DNA of 64,000 bases from Marine Group III euryarchaeote CG-Epi1. GTDB lineage: Archaea > Thermoplasmatota > Poseidoniia > MGIII > CG-Epi1. Below, piece by piece: positions 18,601 through 20,955 of this stretch. The stretch spans positions 1,579 through 65,578 of the forward strand of contig MIZA01000019.1 in the NCBI GenBank assembly GCA_001875345.1, written 5' to 3'. The notes beneath the pieces are model-generated. The model saw only the letters and a list, made by a program, of their open reading frames with translations, did not search any database and was not told the origin of the DNA. The translations under genes were made by a program, and so were the position numbers. How positions within the stretch are numbered: the first letter of the stretch is position 1; each line of letters begins with the position of its first letter.

Positions 18601-19153
18601 CGATGAAATGCCAGTAACATTGTACTTCGAGCCTTTAAAATCTGCTCAAGCTTCCTTGAACGTTCATTTAGATTATGAGTCAAAAGGTGGAAATGCATCT
18701 GGTGTGTCATCAGCTGTCTTTGAACGTGTTAATTTGTACAAAGAGGGACAATCACTTAACATTGCAGACCTTGAAAATGCAGCAAAGGCCGAGATAGTTC
18801 CAGAAGTTAAACCAGAAGCCGAAGCAGAGCCTGTTGTAGAAGCTGAAGTAGTGGTAGAAGCCGAAGCAGAGCCTGTTGTAGAAGCTGAAGTAGTAGTGGA
18901 AGCAGAGGCTGAAGTTGTTGACCCAGGTGAGTCTGGAGTCGATGATATTATGAGTAAATTGAATGAGTTAGATGGCGATAGTTCTACCGATGACAATGAT
19001 TCAGGTTCTTCAGATGATGACGATGATTTGATGAGTAAGCTAAATGAATTAGATGATCCAGAGAACAAGCCTAAGAAAAAGGAAAAGAAATCTGATGACG
19101 AAGATGATGCTTCAGGTATGGATGATCTTCTCGGTAAACTTGATGAATTATAA
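2..19153 (+). CDS. Giant modular surface protein, 5'-partial (>6,380 aa): multi-beta-helix ectodomain, one TM helix, cytoplasmic STAND-like NTPase tail
   Basis: A single frame is open from nt 2 to TAA 19151-19153 in an AT-rich sequence. The TTG at 59 used by the ORF track is not a real boundary: nt 2-58 continue in frame without a stop (SDAHRNGWNNVIIDTTLDD), so the N-terminus lies upstream of the window. ORFs on the opposite strand or in other frames inside it are short and low-complexity. Domain evidence is itemised in the sub-features below. Confidence 0.93.
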   Translation, partial: SDAHRNGWNNVIIDTTLDDLSIDSNSRLLEKEEVEISVTSNGTYVWNRVNTTIDSDRKANAGLNSFWAGDSNEDTYLDSWSGSFKQKSDISLPSGGVGETRILEIKTWYETENTYDGGQVYITKNSGSTWQLITPIGGYDGSFSGDCGSTGAFMGDKSGLGWQTKRFNLTDYRGEDIRLKFTFCSDGSESDFEGWYVDDIKIIKAADESVVTYSEGFERIGYGWIAQNMAGEVNWEAEGTQIYSGINNADVYVADGNSASIIMNKTSNSNLVNYYKFDENSGNYAYDTVTPTHSAYLYSGATFASGKFGNAISFDGTNDYARNTQCNTVGGCNGYDHYSMSVWVKFDSFPTGTAYEGIANFRYDADAYLAVNSDGNPVFGAYFWGTPSGDHKIEASTEMVTGVWYHIAGTWSEDSDKLRIYVNGTLDGTNTLSGTTAYMRYSQSYNYIGKCVTSSTSCNGGNMDGMVDNLAIFNSELSSSQIKALHEDPLGTNSVLYKTSHFGGSDSKTNSQGKIDNLFILKKIYDGSSSGTSYKPYIGFHQGSWTEDPREVTISGGEHSGKLPDSRVYNRNKGKLYYSISEAASDASTQHVIEVWPGHFKENVYINQRLSIIGSGPSRTIVNGRYLESPFTFDSSSDNSVIKNLAVINSKNTTSCCGTSSMSGGIEIAFSYDMVIDNIRADSYIGIMAYYANDLVIKNSKIVSTSTTHYYGVKIYQQQDYTLTNNEISNYREGVRVEYTYQGFDLENNYIHNNTSYGLYTYYTATTSARSNPFNIVGNRFVDNNYGIYKADSSSSYGYSYHIKDNLFKSSTWDGIYSNYYSREWIVENNTFDGDDDQRYGLYLNRYSYQSVFGNNTFSDHTSNDIYFYYCTCTGTNAVKFFSNSYSSISVVSTALINVYNNLNIRTLDEDNNAFSNVDLEIKDSVSTYYKTAHWGGSDSKTDSSGYVSSPEYIRSGYYSNSATLVDNTITVKIAYGVRAKTTSFTFDSDGTKNIEVPNNFKQGVIENKETETLYSSFSSAVSAASAGDVLQLWAWNYNNLEVTKGVILRGNSTTTAIVDGGSSDHAIEVKSNSVKIENLTLQGSSDSILFAGNYNNLELQNLTISDIGSDNGIHFDGTSSSTISNVTVNSTKRKAILFEDVTSITVKNSFFKNSSSSHGFEISDGSSSVILDNVFIHNAGYDGSSAYGLYVSGSSAVTIKNNTKVASSKSYEFYANGASSLKVQNSTFIGPNIALVEDSDGFLIEKSTFKDSSSGDYGVYIKNTDSGTFKDNKILNSASDDGSDYGALYLTGSKTNLLQNNTITNSGRSGIHLKSSSTDNKIYSNTVSSSYFSGLYVQSSDRSIVRNNSFSSSGDNGIKVSSSDGSIIDNNTLSSNTDYGLYISNSDDMIVKGNTASDNNAGMYLSASDDATISSNTVDDHASYGIYFTDSKRLRVKHNEIKNSLGDAVYLSSNCDSAFIDNNTIKSNGNSDSGRSLRVFEVEDSTFYNNTIDSNDYSGIVLTESSNNKIVHNVIKGNGKYGIQILNDATKSANNTIKDNTINDNSDIAIFNHGIFTTIFNNTIKYNELDGIKIASGGARTTIDSNNLVDNEGKAIAILANNVIIKSNTIDGDSSEIAVSILNANSASIENNTIEGGSQGIKVQNGSNAFIYKNTVKSNSGYGIYLLINSVSGDVKHNTLTDNEDHAMAISASNSTEIYNNTAKENAGYGLYSINSKLLVVKGNTIEDNDGGIKYNNCDYCNLTFNKIDDNGGYGLWFLSGSDNNTIKHNTVSDSSTKDVYLQGSTDNSAFNFTFTSIGVDSTSKLTITANLAIVFEDDDDDGFPGIDFALTSDGVTKYSTPFYGGSDSVSDSNGAAGATFSLVYRVYDGSSTPTNIPNILKYHYGVRSKEKSIDMSTSHTETVSVPSYWVKGLVKNINSGSTWYKIQDAIDNASSGNTLHIWAWTYTENVEVDESIIIIGNGTANTTLNATGGKGFDLTSDDISLSNVKIIDCGDTATYNGVQAAGDDSTIENIIVTGCSHGISAGGSGIWVGNSSLTNNSGAGINVWSGETSTSAVKLYNNLLTLNQNGIYSDEDDVVIKSNNIRNNTANGIYLSNAADAVISGNTIVDNPDGIETTNSSPRTVIKNNVISDSSSNGIKISSANSNNVVFENNTISSSNVYGIFINHSDNIYLGNNTISSSGNKDIRFNKATVGNSGKGNTFLTIQMDGSAYFALFNDLTLKFMQDETTGFSELDVKIISDGSTRYSTSGYGGSDSKTNTNGLLSRDFEFKYNEYDGSSTPSVVYTNISYQYGVRAKEVSVNMTTSHTETITVPSFWKNGLVHNLNSGVKYSTIQDAIDGASSGDVLQLWAYEYVEHDIEVTERVTLVGNSTSSVIVNGTWSDSIFDITTNSIVLKNMTIESSANGTTKECIEVSSGSGIVIKNLILKNCYNGIVVNTSNVDITNVTVQDSAKDGIVASASNIDISNVIVKNSGDDGIVISSSSTTLENSTIQNNADDGIVLVANAFIYKNIIKSNSGIGINIGEGSDYARILSNTIDDNDGHGVYVYESHHVKLTNNVIEDNEDYGLELRFANFTQIHNNSVDDNDGGIKFVSTKYSNITKSSFNDNNGRGIWFTSSSDSNNIRDSSASGSTDDDLELDSSSKNTGFNFTFGDGSIDVDSDSDFRLMNSLNIRFVDENGDAFSGLDIELFNHDTVLYATDFFGGSKATSNSTGYIAEELTVAYEIYNGSSTTEDVDTTLQYHYGVRGKTKQIDMSSSHTETITVQSYWTKGLVKNTNTGTNYYKIQDAIDNSSVEDILHVWAWTYNENIEIDESISVIGNGTSNTTINGTWNRIITISSDEVTVKNLKLVSGSNTTSLVYIDAEYAILEGLEIHGGYQAIEVKSRYAKISDSHVSGQSYSGIQVKAQGLNLEIANSIIRNSESNGIYVELGANYVDINNNSIHNNSGSGIRFQSAASSLKDNVVVDNDDWGIQINGRTADDIDNVVTNNTILRNGDGLKLFKQDSVLYSNIIKDNDGFGLQIDTSQDIYIWNNTISENDGTDIGMSTGSSAYSIGTSFSTISVSSDSILTLKSYIDLNVTDARGLNISGIDIRIKEGDSVKYSTDYFGGNDPKTDNNGTIATFLINSKEYDGSSTPTIIPTSVSARSNDWVETNTFDPANSIEITVPDLRVLNTRLDDSPLYYNIQTAIDNADEGDTIHAWSGIYFENIEISDEITLKGNGTSTIINGTSGTAIEINDNDISVEDLLIISSEKGIFLNAANDITISTIRFTGNEYAIYIEDSQSALIDNNEFDLEEYGIYFTGSSSGATVEYNKFRNATESAIYQSESDENGGTSIHDNMFNDCAIGWQSGSGSNTFSSNALKDNNYGVRLTGIESYNNMLDSNSFDDSIVAVYIYNTAHDNNLFNNEFDDSDNSDIKLSDSSDTVSFNNTFSDVSVSSDANMWIKVYIDVTVYDNSSNTFEGADIEVKQDNLALYSTAYFGGSDDKTNSSGQIDTFLVATDQYNGSSTPSEVITTVTARYSDWINAETYDVEASITIEVLDFRVYNEDTEELFYSINGAIAGSFDGDTIQVWEGTFRELVLVDKELTIVGNGTSKTVINGTFSGNTVTVESNEVSISDLAIVASSSTGSGLYVEGGDGQFINLRLSYNNISYQSVEDFNEIKESDIRNNNLGILLSGDNNIINNNEFSDNNIGIELNEECEDATIEHNEISDSLQSGMFINKAETNVIKFNNINNNSGYGIHSYSASENHIFSNDLSYNSDISLYLESTGNSSIHNNTFIGNDDYPATVTDSYYNVIRDNKFVANDDYFQFFEAGGYNSLVNNTFDESGIILEDSNNQIISDNTISESSENGIKIYKSSSNNYLSGNTISDSDDEDIYIGGSGYQRNNRGYDNIFSTIEVQNNGQFILMDYVNVRTENSEGNMSGNDVQAVYNSEIFYASEYFSGSDPLTDDSGLVPDFLAPVEEYNGSSTPDEILTTITVRYVDWINLFEMDASDDTSLSVFVPDLRVKNINTGEESYHIQTSVNNAGQSDTIIVSNGTYFENVVLNVQKITLRGPYANQLNENVIIDSQDNGIAVTISKAEIKLFGFNITNSHEEEDVFTSSAVRVLSNGNTLSFNKVTNSYAGILLEDTSDNTISYNSIDDVDFGIVLTKADDNQIRYNTILDSEENDIELTNTGYSTGSSGNTISHNEEIGVIKFINSDNNLLVAQDSTTINLVDSANVSAIGSTFDFVICNSESSLYLKNYFRINVTRDGTPLEGVDLKVWDGDTTVYSTEYFEGSDDKTDSDGFVRNILAIYKVYDGSSSGTENTTHIKVRYGDWFLSESDIFDKYTIINVDIPVFRVYNTNSEDGYNYIQRAIDNASAGDEIILSAGTFNENILIDKELTLTGSGIGTIITVQPPFGMGSPPIADWRVPGINVTSSNVAITNVLISNFTVGILASNADSLRLDSVHVSGIQGIGIHILSSENVEANEVTVEGSEGSNIIVEDNSTGMSISNSLIGWSEESGIIVRQNSDFFEMSYVNIENNEDYGCLISSDYADLSNVVITNNGLNGIYLTSSFGSSFTDSSFKGNGLSEVKVIQSNSLLIENSEFNSTDQDGGGWGIDVSSSLNIDIHYTYFELGIRFTDTDDSHIRDSYFGNISYGNNYDQKTSILLSDSFRNKISDNEIYNVGLGFVILGGSNNNSIENNTIQAASTDIEYYSSGANNTFINTEIDIVDILETSYFEILNYVDIQMYTVNGPVEGVELNITTDGNPIFVTEHYSGDDEATFSDGFIGRLFLVNEVYNGNWIASKPETVVEYYYDDEGYSYTLDTDVSGYQKIYVNLRPTATIDYIKGIGENASLIGIEAVKGADKPIVDEYTTAYWSFDEGEGSDASGTFASGTITPSPLWEEGRQGLEGDYSIVFDGLFTKLTTDIVLEDQEFTGEVWFKTSSSMPMVIFSDNDASGSWGHSLYIDGGTLGFDFTVDGGSVIRLDSSVVVTDGDWHNVVVVRGEDYVELWLDGEFLVETNYEGQVDSSSSVIYVGQNPLGGELFSGNIDDLKFSNVPRHSEDFMSGVGVVEFSSVVNDEDGVIIEYEWRSSRDGIIGSDKRLFYSVDDLSEGTHTITLEVIDNNGTRSDIDSMPLTVMMRPDAYFLSVKVNGSSQAWGWDPIPVFDDEFIEIRGASGTLPGLISEYYWSSDLDGKIADGLTLNTDELSNGTHTIKFSIKATNGLWSPVQTLLVDVNGRPVIEADEAELSDTEILRMGSANFKVPVEDDSTAGNELDYQVSYRVDGGEWQNDYISNVSFNAQSSDVEFDFSPDVNAETGDYEFRVVADDGEGGKQQVQLTQTINVQNNAPEIEIDDVPLEFEEGETIDFGVEVTDVEGGTPSVVWYADCEGQCTEADEIGTGSNFSFANSLAPGDHTIKVRILDSEGGYKEQEYNIVVKAAPESASLVETAIADLSNNLPLFASAGIGLVMILGTLLFRRRSSAEPVVEGLVVDDGVSPQQQQNQQMPPTEVLDWEIPTDAQGQALIIGEYMAKRRESYITHPNNEEVLDYLHNNRERFTISTYFEVPNDPTNVISDWALPENLRGNVHLDSFRQQIVERITNSSPDKNFVIIGEPGVGKTVMLFEVFDRLMNKAPVGILTTDTIAKAHEMFGVRVFYDDIPENQDLVEALTENEVKGVIVSSREADWKALPTEMQAKFDRLTVPLFSELDMKAMIEKMMGFQSIGHNDEAVAILAEYAEGSPIYVWSMVREMMHRSVKTLTKEYIEENSVKGMLNYVAQLLQRLLKDGEEYRKGGLHALASLIFLSDHMEERYCNDYFFDAYVEVLSKYTEEKLDDKMNPKTLNLVLAYLPINDSVIRFPHDTWPDVLQGWGDMNPFSTELRMINRAFADSGIFQDLKKEVVKEVWDSTYERYKRTPSRQKNSFLALADTLFQNFTIDELKELGVDIDIVRQVASTYSHIPQAAKLISKIQAVLPQTVTRIINMQDIGSESSHAPYKIQEMYLIYNDGRMLSSLMDEEAKVDEDIMSSMLTAINDFVKDSFQTTGNLGSIDYGENQIILERGKHTMLASVVYGEANRDLRSRMSRALTKIEDEFKSDIKDWNGDVDSLSGTVKHLQPIMDISKSVTKDMIDELQALKSVNLRSSWTQVAGFVQVNILINNYSKKQLKGAKLTLEYGADFMKVVKTEPKFKYKVTEVDIKKVPANDEMPVTLYFEPLKSAQASLNVHLDYESKGGNASGVSSAVFERVNLYKEGQSLNIADLENAAKAEIVPEVKPEAEAEPVVEAEVVVEAEAEPVVEAEVVVEAEAEVVDPGESGVDDIMSKLNELDGDSSTDDNDSGSSDDDDDLMSKLNELDDPENKPKKKEKKSDDEDDASGMDDLLGKLDEL
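811..1460 (+). other. LamG/concanavalin-A-like lectin domain 1 of giant protein
   Basis: LVNYYKFDENSGNYAYD...GKFGNAISFDGTNDYA...YSMSVWVKFDSF...LRIYVNGTLDG...MDGMVDNLAIFNSELSSSQIKAL. This is collinear with the classical Laminin_G_3 pattern (YWKFDE..G....D.SG; SFDG..DYV; LYVNG; DEVRIYNRALS..EI). Confidence 0.8.
1490..14480 (+). repeat. Array of ~9 right-handed parallel beta-helix (PbH1/NosD-like) modules separated by 10 copies of a prealbumin/CarboxypepD_reg-like linker domain
   Basis: Each module opens with a NosD-type cap, e.g. YKIQDAIDNASSGNTLHIWAWTYTENVEVDESIIIIGNGT. It then runs through 20-23-aa coils of the type 'NNTI..N...GI.L..S..N.I'. The linker signature Y-[SKA]-T-x-[YFHW]-[FWY]-G-G-S-D-x-K-T-[DN]-x-x-G ... 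Y-[DN]-G-S-S-[TS] occurs at about nt 1490, 2789, 5519, 6745, 8102, 9316, 10438, 11827, 12831 and 14288. Confidence 0.8.
14594..15180 (+). other. LamG/concanavalin-A-like domain 2 of giant protein
   Basis: TTAYWSFDEGEGSDASG...YSIVFDGLFTKL...FTGEVWFKTSS...VELWLDGEFLVE...FSGNIDDLKFSNVPRHSEDF. Confidence 0.75.
15180..16310 (+). other. Four PKD/Ig-like domains (membrane-proximal stalk) of giant protein
   Basis: Four units of ~90 aa each, containing patterns such as I..YEWRSS.DG.IG......Y....LSEGTHTITLEV.D..G and LAPGDHTIKVRILDSEGG. Confidence 0.6.
16361..16420 (+). other. Single transmembrane helix of giant protein (type-I orientation)
   Basis: LPLFASAGIGLVMILGTLLF is followed immediately by RRRSS (positive-inside). 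It is the only strongly hydrophobic ~20-aa segment I could find in the visible protein. Confidence 0.75.
16790..17250 (+). other. Cytoplasmic P-loop NTPase, STAND (NB-ARC/NACHT/archaeal ATPase)-like
   Basis: Walker A FVIIGEPGVGKTV (GEPGVGKT = nt 16826-16849); Walker B VRVFYDDIPE; sensor-1-like GVIVSSRE (compare hhhTTR); LTVPLFSELDMKAMI; GxP motif AEYAEGSPIYVW. The order matches that in NB-ARC. Confidence 0.6.
17975..18271 (+). other. Longin/roadblock(LC7)-like alpha/beta domain (predicted from pattern only)
   Basis: YKIQEMYLIYNDGRMLSSL..DEDIMSSMLTAINDFVKDSF..LGSIDYGENQIILERGKHTMLASVVYGE..LRSRMSRALTKIEDEF gives a beta-alpha-beta-beta-alpha periodicity. Confidence 0.35.
18410..18680 (+). other. 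Cytoplasmic beta-sandwich (CARDB/Ig-like) domain
   Basis: An alternating hydrophobic beta pattern: VAGFVQVNILINNYSKKQLKGAKLTLEYG...VTEVDIKKVPANDEMPVTLYFEP...ASLNVHLDYE. Confidence 0.3.
18815..18898 (+). repeat. Two tandem copies of a 42-nt coding repeat
   Basis: gaagccgaagcagagcctgttgtagaagctgaagtagtggta (18815-18856) is repeated at 18857-18898 with differences only in the last few bases. It encodes (EAEAEPVVEAEVVV)x2, followed by a partial third unit EAEAEVV. Confidence 0.9.
18941..19150 (+). repeat. Three copies of an acidic amphipathic peptide motif DD[IL][ML]xKL[ND]EL at the extreme C-terminus
   Basis: DDIMSKLNELD (18941-18973), DDLMSKLNELD (19022-19054) and DDLLGKLDEL-stop (19121-19150), separated by D/S/K-rich spacers. 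Confidence 0.85.
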
Positions 19154-19154
19154 G

Positions 19155-19230
19155 TGGTGCGGGTGCCGGGATTTGAACCCGGGTTCCAAACTTGGCAAGC
19201 TTGAGTGATACCAGGCTACACCACACCCGC
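19155..19230 (-). tRNA. tRNA-Gly(GCC): tRNA-Gly (anticodon GCC), CCA encoded
   Basis: The reverse complement reads GCGGGTG-TG-GTGT-AGCCTGGTA-TCAC-T-CAAGC-TTGCCAA-GTTTG-GAAC-CCGGG-TTCAAAT-CCCGG-CACCCGC-A-CCA. It has a perfect 7-bp acceptor stem, a 5-bp anticodon stem with U33/A37 flanking GCC, and a 5-bp T stem with a TTCAAAT loop. It forms a GC-rich island in AT-rich DNA. Confidence 0.93.
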
Positions 19231-19250
19231 GTGTTCTGCTCCAGAATAAC

Positions 19251-19272
19251 GGGTTAATAAAGCCTTTAATGG
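19251..19272. promoter_or_regulatory. Back-to-back TATA-like boxes for divergent tRNA-Gly and presenilin-homologue gene
   Basis: gggTTAATAAAgCCTTTAATgg. On the - strand, TTTATTAA lies 23-30 nt upstream of the tRNA 5' end (19230). On the + strand, TTTAAT (19265-19270) lies 22-27 nt upstream of ATG 19292. Confidence 0.4.
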
Positions 19273-19291
19273 CCTCTGAAGTGAGCAAATT

Positions 19292-20215
19292 ATGACAGAT
19301 AGCACAGAAGCTGAACAAAGCCTTTCTATGGCTTGGGAAGAGAACAGAATCCCAATCATAGCTCTGGCGTTTTGTTTTATTTTGTCTCATATGTTAGCTA
19401 TGTTTATAGTTCCAGCATATGAAGAAGCTGAAGTGCAAGCTTTTGAAGACCCTGAAGATCCAATTAACTCAGTCGTTTACATCGGGATTATTCTAGTTTT
19501 TACAGCTTTTATTTTATGGATTGCCAAGAATGGCTTAGATTATATCCTGCAATTGATATTTCTATCCTCAATAGGTGTAACTTTTATTTATGTTTTTTAC
19601 CCATTTTTTTACAGTATTGGAATAACAGATACTGCAGGATACATTGGTGCAGCAGGTTTAGCAGTTCAGTTGACTTTCTTACTAATGACGTATCCAGAGT
19701 GGTATGTTATTGATATTGCAGGAGTAATTTTAGCGGCAGGTGTTGCAGCAATTTTTGGTATATCTTTTGGATTATTACCTGCGTTGCTTCTATTGATTGG
19801 TCTAGCAATTTATGATGCTTGGGCAGTGTATCGTACTGGACATATGGTAGATTTAGCAGATTCAGTTATGGATCTCAAACTTCCTATTTTACTTGTTATG
19901 CCTAAAACTAGCTCATATTCTTTTTTGTCACAAGGAAGCTTGAATGAACAAATTGAAAGTGGAGAAAAGAGAGAAGCCTTATTCATGGGTTTAGGAGACT
20001 TAGTAATTCCTGGAGCCTTAGTTGTTTCTGCTAAGGCTACCTTGGGTTGGGCAGTGGGCCTAGCGTCTATGTTTGGAAGTGTTGTTGGTTTCTTTATTTT
20101 GATGATTTTTGTTCTTAGTGGAAGGCCTCAGGCTGGGCTTCCCTTACTCAACGGTGGGGCAATTGTTGGGTATTTGTTAGGAGCCTTTCTATTCGCTGGC
20201 GATTTAGGTTTATGA
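19292..20215 (+). CDS. Presenilin/signal-peptide-peptidase homologue (A22 intramembrane aspartyl protease, PSH type)
   Basis: Polytopic hydrophobic profile. Catalytic YD (LAIYDAWAVY, nt 19811-19816) and GxGD (FMGLGDLVIPG, nt 19988-19999) motifs, plus a C-terminal PAL-like GLPLLNGG. Confidence 0.8.
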   Translation: MTDSTEAEQSLSMAWEENRIPIIALAFCFILSHMLAMFIVPAYEEAEVQAFEDPEDPINSVVYIGIILVFTAFILWIAKNGLDYILQLIFLSSIGVTFIYVFYPFFYSIGITDTAGYIGAAGLAVQLTFLLMTYPEWYVIDIAGVILAAGVAAIFGISFGLLPALLLLIGLAIYDAWAVYRTGHMVDLADSVMDLKLPILLVMPKTSSYSFLSQGSLNEQIESGEKREALFMGLGDLVIPGALVVSAKATLGWAVGLASMFGSVVGFFILMIFVLSGRPQAGLPLLNGGAIVGYLLGAFLFAGDLGL

Positions 20216-20955
20216 AGATAGTTCCTGTTCATGGCCATGCGGCCTTAAATTTAGTTGATGAATCACTTCTAATCCTTTCAGATTTACACTATGGCGTTGA
20301 AGCTGAAATGCTTCGTAGCGGGGTTTGGGTTCCTAACAGATCAACCTCTCGAACTGAAAAAGTTTTGAAATTATTAAAAGATACTAAATCTAACAGACTA
20401 CTTCTCTTAGGAGATGTTAAGCATCAAGTTCCACATAATAGTCAACAACAAAGGAAAGATTTAGATCAATTTTTTATGGCAGTCATGAGAATTGCTGATG
20501 TAGAAATAGTACCTGGTAACCATGACGGAGGATTAGATTCTATTGCACCTCCAGAGGTCATTTACCACGATTCCAGCGGATGCACTATTGGAGACATTGG
20601 TTTTGCTCATGGCCATGCTTGGCCTTCGCAAGAGGTAATGAATTCTAGATTACTCATAGTGGGTCACGAGCATCCTGCGTTTTCATTTCGCGATAGGGTA
20701 GACAAATTGCACAGTGAGTCTTGCTGGTTGAGAGCTCCAATGTTAGAGCATGAAAGATATGAAAAAGTTCCAGAACAATTAATTGTAATGCCTGCTTTTG
20801 GAGAATTAGCTGGAAGAACGATGAATAGGGAACCATTGAAAGGTTTGGGCCCTATACTAAGAAATGGTATGGCAGATTTATCTAAAGCACGTGTAGAGAC
20901 TTTAGAAGGATTAGACTTTGGAGAATTAGGCAATCTAATAGATTTAAGATTATGA
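20212..20955 (+). CDS. Binuclear metallophosphoesterase (MPE/ICC-like, Lhr-associated)
   Basis: Motifs LSDLHYG, LLLGDVKH, VPGNHD, GFAHGHAWP and VGHEHP. The start overlaps the upstream stop (ATGA 20212-20215) and the stop overlaps the Lhr start (ATGA 20952-20955). Confidence 0.8.
   Translation: MKIVPVHGHAALNLVDESLLILSDLHYGVEAEMLRSGVWVPNRSTSRTEKVLKLLKDTKSNRLLLLGDVKHQVPHNSQQQRKDLDQFFMAVMRIADVEIVPGNHDGGLDSIAPPEVIYHDSSGCTIGDIGFAHGHAWPSQEVMNSRLLIVGHEHPAFSFRDRVDKLHSESCWLRAPMLEHERYEKVPEQLIVMPAFGELAGRTMNREPLKGLGPILRNGMADLSKARVETLEGLDFGELGNLIDLRL

Noticed and set aside
18815-18898. Tandem 42-nt repeats as a possible CRISPR or minisatellite element
   Set aside because: There are only two and a fraction copies, no spacers, and the repeats are in frame within a coding tail. 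This is a coding tandem duplication, not a CRISPR array. I saw no CRISPR-like repeat-spacer structure anywhere in the window.
1813-19068. About 17 short ORFs (66-131 aa) inside the giant gene, mostly antisense (e.g. 3301-3615, 7738-8085, 17569-17895, 18673-19068) plus one in another + frame (12816-13028)
   Set aside because: They are low-complexity, Ser/Leu/Ile-rich mirror or off-frame translations of a strongly coding frame. They have no promoters or recognisable motifs. The 131-aa one is simply the complement of the acidic GAA/GAT-rich tail.
19121-19153. C-terminal ...KLDEL as a KDEL/HDEL-type retrieval signal
   Set aside because: That signal is eukaryotic, this tail is predicted to be cytoplasmic in an archaeon, and the motif is one of three copies of a longer repeat.
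1-19153. The giant ORF as an assembly collapse or expansion artefact of repeats
   Set aside because: The modules are strongly diverged at the nucleotide level, with only short exact matches between even the most similar pair, and the frame is maintained throughout. The ORF is unlikely to be an artefact, but long-read confirmation is still advisable.
19155-19230. tRNA-Gly as an integration site marking the giant gene or downstream genes as a mobile island
   Set aside because: There is no integrase, no direct repeat of the tRNA 3' half and no phage, plasmid or transposon genes anywhere in the window.
19148-19390. 80-aa ORF on the - strand
   Set aside because: It spans the tRNA-Gly gene and the promoter region, so it is an artefact.
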